A stretch of 60,953 bases of DNA, counting the filler. It is 6 parts of 6 records of this genome, joined end to end, with 100 filler letters (N's around TTAATTAATTAA, not from the genome) between each part and the next. Parts side by side here need not be neighbours in the genome. Positions count along the whole stretch, not along the records: positions 36,645 to 57,289 come from SRR15195285_1188; positions 57,390 to 60,953 come from SRR15195285_1193; 4 more parts are not named here. One strand, written 5' to 3'. Both the position numbers and the translations under genes were made by a program. The notes under the pieces are model-generated. The model had not been told where the DNA came from. It ran no database searches and saw nothing but the letters and a program-made list of their open reading frames with translations. This document shows positions 54,601-60,953 of the stretch, piece by piece. The stretch's first letter is position 1. Each line of letters starts with the position of its first letter.

Positions 54601-56761
54601 GCAACAATCAACATTTGTGTTGGACAAGCACATTCAGACTCTTTTTGGCGATGGAAAGGTCACAAAGAAGCTTGAAAAGCTCGCCGGAAATGCATCCGCA
54701 GCAATGGCAGAATACGCAAAGGTAGCAAGGCAGCAGCAAAAGGAGTGGCTGAAGACGGAGGGTCAGCAGTTCATCGACATCGCCATGGCAGAAAGCACGA
54801 TGGGTGACGTGCTTGTACCTGTCGATTCATTCCAAATCGACGGGCTGCGGGCTGTACTCGTTTCGTGTGGCAACATGGTGGCCGAAAAATATCACACTCA
54901 GGCACGTGCACGACTAGAAATTTCGAATATAAACGAACCGTTGACTCGCAGTACGGACCTTCGACGCGAGGTCAGCCATTTATTGCAACAGAAGGCTGTA
55001 GATGAAGCTGCAGTCAAGGTGTACCCGGAGCTTGATACGAGAATCGCAAGATTGGATTTAGAAATGGGTACGGCAGACAGTTTGCGCAAAGCGGCATACA
55101 GCATGGCCGAGGATACCGTGCGCATGGCAGTGCACAGTCAAATACTCGCCGCCTACAAAGATGGCAAACGAGCGTTGAAGGTCAAAGGCTGCGGCGTCGC
55201 GAAAGAGCAAGGCAGCCCTCAACAGGTAGATGAGTACGGGTTCCTTGTTGCACTGGGCGGATATCCTGCATTCAAGCGGCGCAAGGAAACGCAAGAGAGC
55301 CTGCGCTGCGTGTACGAAGACATGGGCAAGGACCACCTGAAAGTCAAACTAGCACTTGCGTGCCCTAATGCTGCCACCAGCGGGACTAAGGCGGAAATAA
55401 TTGAGCGCTTGATCATGGCAATGATTGAATACGCTGCCACTGCAGAACTTGCTGATGAGGAAAAGGCTCAAATCAAGCGTGAGGCAGAGGCGAAGGCTCT
55501 TGCGCTCCAACATTTGAGGACACAGGGCGAAGAGTTTGCAAGAATGAAGGCCCCAGCTCTACGTAAGGAACTTGAGAAACGTGGTCTCAGTACGACAGGG
55601 AAAAAGGCAGAGCTCATGGAGCGACTTGCCAAGTCACTAGAATCGTTTCAAAGTGACGTGGAGGCGGGGAAAATTGACGTTCAGAATATGGCCAAAAGGC
55701 TGCCGCCATCGCCCAGCGCGCCGGTTCCACAAACGAAGTTTAAAGGCAAGCTTCCCGGCTCCAAGAAAAGGGGCAAGCAGACGAACAGCGAGGAGAACCC
55801 AATGTTCAAGAATCCCCTGGCATCTGCAGATGCGGCAGGCACACCTACTGCAGATGAGGTCGGTCAACATCATGGTACCGATGTTTTTGAAGGAGATGAT
55901 GTTGACCTTCAAGATGAACAAACTCCACGCAAAGGCATGAGGAGCAAGAAGAAACGCAAGAGTACGAGCAAGGGCAAGAGCAAGAAGGGTGCCCCCGCGC
56001 TCAAGCAGGAGGATACGGACGCGGATTTTGTTGCGTTTGCAAACCCGCTAGCACAAGATCCGGCGGAGAATGACAGTAGCAAAAGCGATCCTGCTGGCAA
56101 GATGAAGAACCCTATGTTCGATGATTCAGTGGATGGTGCAACGATGCTGCCTGCCGGTAGGCTGGCGCGTAGCAAAGGCAAAAATGCAAAGAAAGGCGAA
56201 GGCAAAGGGCGCCCAAAGGATGAACAGAAGGATGTTCAATTCAGCAACCCACTAATTGGTAGCACTTCAGATATAGAGGACGAAAACCCGAGTCTACCCA
56301 AATCGAACAAGAGCGAAGTCTCAACGTCAGAGGTCAGCGCCAGCCGGCTTACAACACCACAAGGCGACCCAACAGCCGACCAGAAGGCGCCAGGCAAATT
56401 TGCGAAGCCGAAAGGCAAGACGAAGATGGACAAGAAGAGGAAAGCTTCTTCAAAAGTCAAGGCTAGCACGAAGGCAACTGAGTCAAAGCAAGAAGCGGCC
56501 AAATTTCGCAATCCACTAATGCACATAGATAGTTTCGATGCTGGTGCGCCAGACTATGATGCAAATCCACTAGCAGAGCAGACTGACCGGTCACTTAGTG
56601 TCGACAAAAATAAGAGTGGCAAGGGCAAACAGAAAGGAGGTCGTGGCGGCAAGGGTGGCGCGACCAAATCAAAGAACAAAAGGAAAGCGCGTCATGAAAT
56701 TAAATCCAAGACAACCAATCCCATTCACGATGGGGCAAAGCAATTTGAGGAAAGCGAGTAA
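36645..56761 (+). CDS. Giant receptor/channel-like membrane protein, >6,600 aa (5'-partial; exons 36645-49070 and 49280-56761)
   Basis: The 4149-aa and 2507-aa ORFs share the same ~200-aa repeat and join in phase 0 in the middle of a repeat unit. The frame is open to the contig start (PYTLDSSFFS matches GPFYLDRSFF and GPFTLGPSFF of later ectodomain repeats). Two EGF-like modules ~38260-38410 and ~38530-38625. Calx-beta-like module ~39270-39480. Hydrophobic block ~40730-42330 with YGQQFKMYTNNGFW...QVKLL...RPFVKLFQN, resembling the TRP/Flc-Pkd2-like membrane domain. Confidence 0.85.
49071..49279 (+). other. Intron (209 bp), possibly two introns around a 24-nt micro-exon
   Basis: CTG|GTGCGT...GCTAAC (branch)...GGCAG|GGG, with in-frame stops inside. 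Confidence 0.8.
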
Positions 56762-57289
56762 ACATCACGGAAAGAATCACCGCCCGATGCTTGTAGCGAG
56801 GACGAGAGCACGACCATAGGCTGGTCATTCGGGACTTTAGAGTGTCTGGCTGGTCATTCTTTCGTGGTTTGAGTAAAGATGCTGATTCTACAGCCTCCGC
56901 TCGCCACCCATACACGCTCGGGCCGCGCTCCCGCGAGCCTTCCTCGACTAGCTAAGGTTTATTCAATGCAACGGACCAACGCCCAAGTATAGTGTTGCGT
57001 CATACGCATGTTAGTACAATTGCAATGAAAACCACGACAACACTTGCAAACAATGATTGCACATGTGGACTCGAACGCTAGGCTTGAGCGGCCTAGCGAG
57101 CTGTGTAGGTTGCGTCGAGATCGCTAGCGAGAGATAGGATTGGCTTCGGGTCTAGAGCAGTGAGGCCTCCAGGCTCTGCCAGGCTGCACAGGGCTTTGCT
57201 GGGCTCTGCCAGAGCCCGGAGCACCGAAAACAACGCTACGAGTGGACAATGGATCTTAGGAGTACGGTCCGCAATTCGAAGCGGCAATC

Positions 57290-57389
57290 NNNNNNNNNNN
57301 NNNNNNNNNNNNNNNNNNNNNNNNNNNNNNNNNTTAATTAATTAANNNNNNNNNNNNNNNNNNNNNNNNNNNNNNNNNNNNNNNNNNNN
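57290..57389. other. Artificial contig spacer
   Basis: Same linker. Confidence 0.99.
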
Positions 57390-57440
57390 ACACACACACA
57401 CACACACACACACACAGCACAGCACAGCACAGCACAGCAT
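57390..57440. repeat. (CA)n followed by (CAGCA)n microsatellite
   Basis: Directly visible at the contig start; probably intronic or upstream. Confidence 0.95.
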
Positions 57441-57581
57441 GCATGGGCAGATGCACAGACAGGCAGGCAGATGCCGCCCGGCTTCCTGTCGATCGCGGCA
57501 CCTTGAGCCGCCGTCTGTAGCGACCGCTGCGCGAGGTTTTGTGAGCGCCACCATGTGCTGACTGAGTGTTGGATGCGGCAG

Positions 57582-60500
57582 GTGAGCGTGCTGAGCATGC
57601 GTGAGATCAGCGCTGGGGGCGGGACGGAGCACGAGCTGGTCTGCCGGGTGTACCTCACGAACGAGGGCGAGGCGCCCGTGGTCTACCGCTGGATGACGAG
57701 CAACACGCCGAGGTACGTGGTGCGCTCCAAGCAGGGTGTGCTGGAGCCCAAGGGCGGCCGCGCTGCGGTCGAGATCCTCTCCAAAGCCGCGAGCGCGGCG
57801 GAGCTCGCGGAGGACAAGTTCCGCCTGTCGCTCGCGTGGGGGGCGGACGCCGAGAAGCGCTGGCAGGAGATCGACCAGCTCTCGTCCAAGGAAGCCAGGG
57901 CTCACGTCAGCAAACGCAAGCTGACGGTCGCGCTGTCAGAGCCTGAGGAGGCCCTCGCCGATCCTGTCGCAGAGGACGACGCAGAGCCAGCGGCGGCGGA
58001 GGAAGGGGAGGCACAGCCGGAGCTGGACCCGGAGATCGCGGATGACCCGGCCGCGTGGGTCACCGCGCGCAACAAGGGCTACTGTGTGACGACCACTCGC
58101 CCAGGTGACGGCTGCAGCTTTCCGCAGAAGGGGGATCGCGTGCTTGTGCACTACACCGGTATGCTGCGTGAGGGTGGCACCAAATTCGCCAGCAGCCGGG
58201 GCAAGGGCGGCGATCCATTCGAAACCAGCGTCGGGATGGCGAAGGTGATCAAGGGCTGGGACGAAGGTCTGCGTGAGATGGCACAAGGCGAGCGCGCTGT
58301 GCTGCGGGTCAGCTCTGGCTTCGCGTACGCGGCCAAGGGCTTTGGCGACAAGGTCCCAGCGGACGCCGACCTCGTCTACGATATCGAGCTGCTCGCTGTG
58401 TCACCGAGGCCATCGGACGCGAAAGTCAAGGCGTACGGAGATGACACTCGGTTTTCCGTCATTAAACGCTTCTACGAAAAGCACGACAGCGGGAAGACGG
58501 AGCAGCAGATTCGCGACATTTTAGCCAAGGACAAGTACAAGACCGACTTCTCGAAACTGTGCAAGATGTTGTATAAGAAGTACAACGAGGACCCGGCTGT
58601 GCTGTGGTGGAGCGAGCAGAAGCTCACTCCTGCAAAATCAAAAGACACAGCGCCACCGAAGAAGGCTGACAAAGCAGGCGACGACTTTCCGGGTGCATCT
58701 GCGAAGATTTTCTTCAAAGCGGAGAGTAAGGCACCCGCTTTCGGCAGCTGGGCGTCGCAGGCGTCGGCAGCCTCTTCGGGAGGACTGTTCGGGAGCAGCA
58801 GCTCAACGCCATCGTTTTCTTTTACAAACCCAAGTGCCTCATCAGCGAGTGCCTCGGTTGGTAAGCCTGCGTTTGGCGCCCCAAGCGTCCTGGGTTTGGC
58901 ACAGCCGGCGTTCGGCTCAGCAAGCTCACTTGGATCAAGCTCGTCTGCCTCTACAGCCGCCGCAAGCCTCCCGACGTTCTCGTTTGCGAAGATAGGTCAA
59001 GGATCTGACCCGCCGAGTTTTTCATTCGCCAAGTCTGGTGCCGCAAGCAGTGCAGCTTCCAGTACCGCGTCGTCGTCCAGCTTCTCATTCAAGCCGGCGC
59101 CTGTGGCTGGGAGTTCGACGTCCTCCTCCAGCACGCCACCGCCCACTGCAGCGGGATCCTCTGCATTTTCGGGAGCATCGGCGCAGGGAACCAAGTTGAA
59201 TTTTTCTACACCCGGTTCCGTGGCCTCTTCTGCTGGCGATTCTCCTGCCGCAGCCTCATCACCTGCACAGGATAGCAGCGACACGATCCCCATCGAGGAA
59301 ATGTCCGTGAAGCAGGTGGCCGACTGGATCGCTGAGGTCAAACTGGAAGCCGAAGGAGACCCGTTCGAAGGCCATCATATCGATGGTGTCGCCCTGAGAC
59401 ATCTGGACGATGTTGCTTTAAAGCAGGACATGTCTGTGACCAGGGTGGCTGACCGCCAAGCGATCCTCAGCGGAGTCGCCATACTTGAAAGTGCTGGTTA
59501 CGATACCTCTCTTCCACCTCCTACCCACTTGCAAGGGTTGTTCAGCAGCGCGACTACGAGTGCCACTGTTGGCACCACGGCCGCGGGCGCTTCGTCTACC
59601 GGATTTTCGTTCAGCTCGTCGACTTCAGGAGGATTTTCCTTCGCTCCTGCTGCCAGCCCAGCCAGCGCAGCGGCCAGCCAGCCAGCCGTCGCGGTTGGCA
59701 GTGCTGTGTCGTCACCGACGACGACGGCGACCAGTAGCGTTCCACCCTTCTCCTTTGCGCCAATGGCTACCACCGAGGACGAGTATTCGTACTCGACGAA
59801 GCCTGGTCACTTGCGGTTAGGCGACACTGATCTGAAACTGCAGAGCGTGACTACCAAGCAGGTTGGTGCTTTCTACCGTCAAGTCTGCAAGGCTGGATCA
59901 TTAGTGAACAGTGCAGTGCCGCTCTTGGCTTCGCACAACGTAGATGGTGAAGCATTGGTGCATTTAACGGCAAAAACGTGCATTGAAGAGATGGATGCGA
60001 CTCAGGCTCTCACTGACTTCATGATGGGCGTTAGGGACCGCTTAGTGAATGGACCAGGAGCTTCTGCTGCTAAGCCGCAGCCCGTGTTGTCTGCCGAGGA
60101 GGTGCGCATGGCTGACTATCAACAGGGGAAAACTGCAACCGCGGCCGCTGCACCCGATGTAGTTCCGCCCCCAGCACCTGCGGCGCCGCCAGTGCGGCCG
60201 ATGGCACAAGCATTTGCAGGTGGGGAGACTGTCAGTGCGCTGCCCTCATCAGTCAGTGGTGGACACTGCTTCGTGAGTGGCGGCGGTGCCGGCATCCTTG
60301 TTGCGCATACGGTTGGGCACAGCGGTGACGAGTCCTTGTGCACAAGAGGGTTTGCTCATGCGCAGATCAGTGTGGCTCAAAATGGTGCAGGCACGGCTAC
60401 GTTTGCTTTCGAACCAGGTGCTTTGGCAGTTGACAGGCGGCCGCCTGCTGCGAGAAATGCACCCGCCGCCGTGAATACCATGGGTAGAGTTGGAGGTGGT

Positions 60501-60953
60501 GAGATGACAGCCGACGCGCGTCTTCGTGAGCTTGAGTACAATGATGCCATGACACAAAATGCTGAGCTGAAAGCCAAAGTAGAGGAGCTGGGTGGGGAGG
60601 CGGCGTTGAGTGAGAGATCGAAGAAGGATGCCAGCAAAGCTGCAGATTCGGGGGGCGCTGCACAAACTCGCTCGACTATCAGCTGCCTGGCGTCTGGTGA
60701 CTTCTACAACCCTAAATTTGAAATCAAAGGCTCAGAGGTGAACACGAGGGAGCAGCTTACCTGTCGCTCGTCTGCCGCGGTGACGGAAGGCCGTTGGTAC
60801 TACGAAGTACAGCTGCTCGATTCCGCAGCCAGTGCGAAGATCGGCTTTGCAAGGGAAGGGTTCGCACCGAGGGATACAACAAATGGAGTAGGCGACGACA
60901 GCTCGTCATGGGGTTTCGATGGAGCCAATTTGCGAAAGTGGCACGGCGGTAGT
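57582..60953 (+). CDS. Multidomain protein MSP - FKBP-type PPIase - small helical domain - FG/FxF low-complexity repeats - 2x SAM - GLEBS-like motif - SPRY (3'-partial, probably 5'-partial)
   Basis: Absent from the ORF track because it has no stop before the window end. Read by hand as one frame of >1,120 codons. MSP: LTNEGEAPVVYRWMTSNTPRYVVRSKQGVLEP...DKF. FKBP: PQKGDRVLVHYTGML...VIKGWDEGL...LVYDIELL. SAM: EMSVKQVADWI...IDGVALRHL. SPRY: GRWYYEVQ...IGFA...GVGDDSSSWGFDG...KWHG. CTGAC...CAG at 57558-57581 looks like an intron acceptor; in-frame ATGs at 57573 and 57597. Confidence 0.88.
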   Translation, partial: MSVLSMREISAGGGTEHELVCRVYLTNEGEAPVVYRWMTSNTPRYVVRSKQGVLEPKGGRAAVEILSKAASAAELAEDKFRLSLAWGADAEKRWQEIDQLSSKEARAHVSKRKLTVALSEPEEALADPVAEDDAEPAAAEEGEAQPELDPEIADDPAAWVTARNKGYCVTTTRPGDGCSFPQKGDRVLVHYTGMLREGGTKFASSRGKGGDPFETSVGMAKVIKGWDEGLREMAQGERAVLRVSSGFAYAAKGFGDKVPADADLVYDIELLAVSPRPSDAKVKAYGDDTRFSVIKRFYEKHDSGKTEQQIRDILAKDKYKTDFSKLCKMLYKKYNEDPAVLWWSEQKLTPAKSKDTAPPKKADKAGDDFPGASAKIFFKAESKAPAFGSWASQASAASSGGLFGSSSSTPSFSFTNPSASSASASVGKPAFGAPSVLGLAQPAFGSASSLGSSSSASTAAASLPTFSFAKIGQGSDPPSFSFAKSGAASSAASSTASSSSFSFKPAPVAGSSTSSSSTPPPTAAGSSAFSGASAQGTKLNFSTPGSVASSAGDSPAAASSPAQDSSDTIPIEEMSVKQVADWIAEVKLEAEGDPFEGHHIDGVALRHLDDVALKQDMSVTRVADRQAILSGVAILESAGYDTSLPPPTHLQGLFSSATTSATVGTTAAGASSTGFSFSSSTSGGFSFAPAASPASAAASQPAVAVGSAVSSPTTTATSSVPPFSFAPMATTEDEYSYSTKPGHLRLGDTDLKLQSVTTKQVGAFYRQVCKAGSLVNSAVPLLASHNVDGEALVHLTAKTCIEEMDATQALTDFMMGVRDRLVNGPGASAAKPQPVLSAEEVRMADYQQGKTATAAAAPDVVPPPAPAAPPVRPMAQAFAGGETVSALPSSVSGGHCFVSGGGAGILVAHTVGHSGDESLCTRGFAHAQISVAQNGAGTATFAFEPGALAVDRRPPAARNAPAAVNTMGRVGGGEMTADARLRELEYNDAMTQNAELKAKVEELGGEAALSERSKKDASKAADSGGAAQTRSTISCLASGDFYNPKFEIKGSEVNTREQLTCRSSAAVTEGRWYYEVQLLDSAASAKIGFAREGFAPRDTTNGVGDDSSSWGFDGANLRKWHGGS

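Noticed and set aside
57170-57220. GGCTCTGCCAG repeat and GGGCTCTG-C-CAGAGCCC near-palindrome as a terminator or ncRNA
   Set aside because: Too short, and near a contig end. Rho-independent terminators are irrelevant in a eukaryote and there is no other support.
1-60953. Operon, defence island, CRISPR array or prophage interpretation
   Set aside because: Spliceosomal introns and axonemal dynein show eukaryotic nuclear DNA. I saw no repeat-spacer array, integrase, transposase, RT, rRNA or tRNA.

Overview
This window is eukaryotic, not prokaryotic. It is six contigs joined by artificial 100-bp spacers (44 N + TTAATTAATTAA + 44 N): 1-15209, 15310-26669, 26770-31030, 31131-36544, 36645-57289 and 57390-60953. 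The source looks like a gene-dense, intron-poor flagellated protist: it has an axonemal dynein heavy chain, convergent gene ends only 110-170 bp apart, and short spliceosomal introns (GTGCG/GTACG/GTGAG...CAG). Nine genes are supported, several only after joining ORFs across introns I placed by eye. (1) A non-motor protein with a stand-alone dynein stalk/microtubule-binding domain, an RRM-like domain and 4 EF-hands. (2) A >3,280-aa extracellular Cys/Asp-rich protein with five Calx-beta-like modules split by large insertions. (3) A trypsin-like protease. (4) An inner-arm-type dynein heavy chain. (5) A probably secreted GH42-like glycosidase with 3-4 introns. (6) An XK-family membrane protein fused to a PH domain. 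(7) A renalase-like FAD oxidoreductase with an RGG tail. (8) A >6,600-aa receptor/channel-like giant: ectodomain repeats, EGF, a TRP/Flc-like membrane block, then a cytoplasmic tail with about 9-10 copies of an unrecognised ~200-aa repeat, Zn fingers, SAP domains, many NP(L/M) motifs and six ubiquitin-tail-like LxLxxR(V/I)xGG motifs. (9) A gene missing from the ORF track: MSP-FKBP-FG/FxF-SAM-SAM-GLEBS-like-SPRY. The best candidates for undescribed biology are genes 8, 9 and 1. All domain calls are by eye; no database searches were run.
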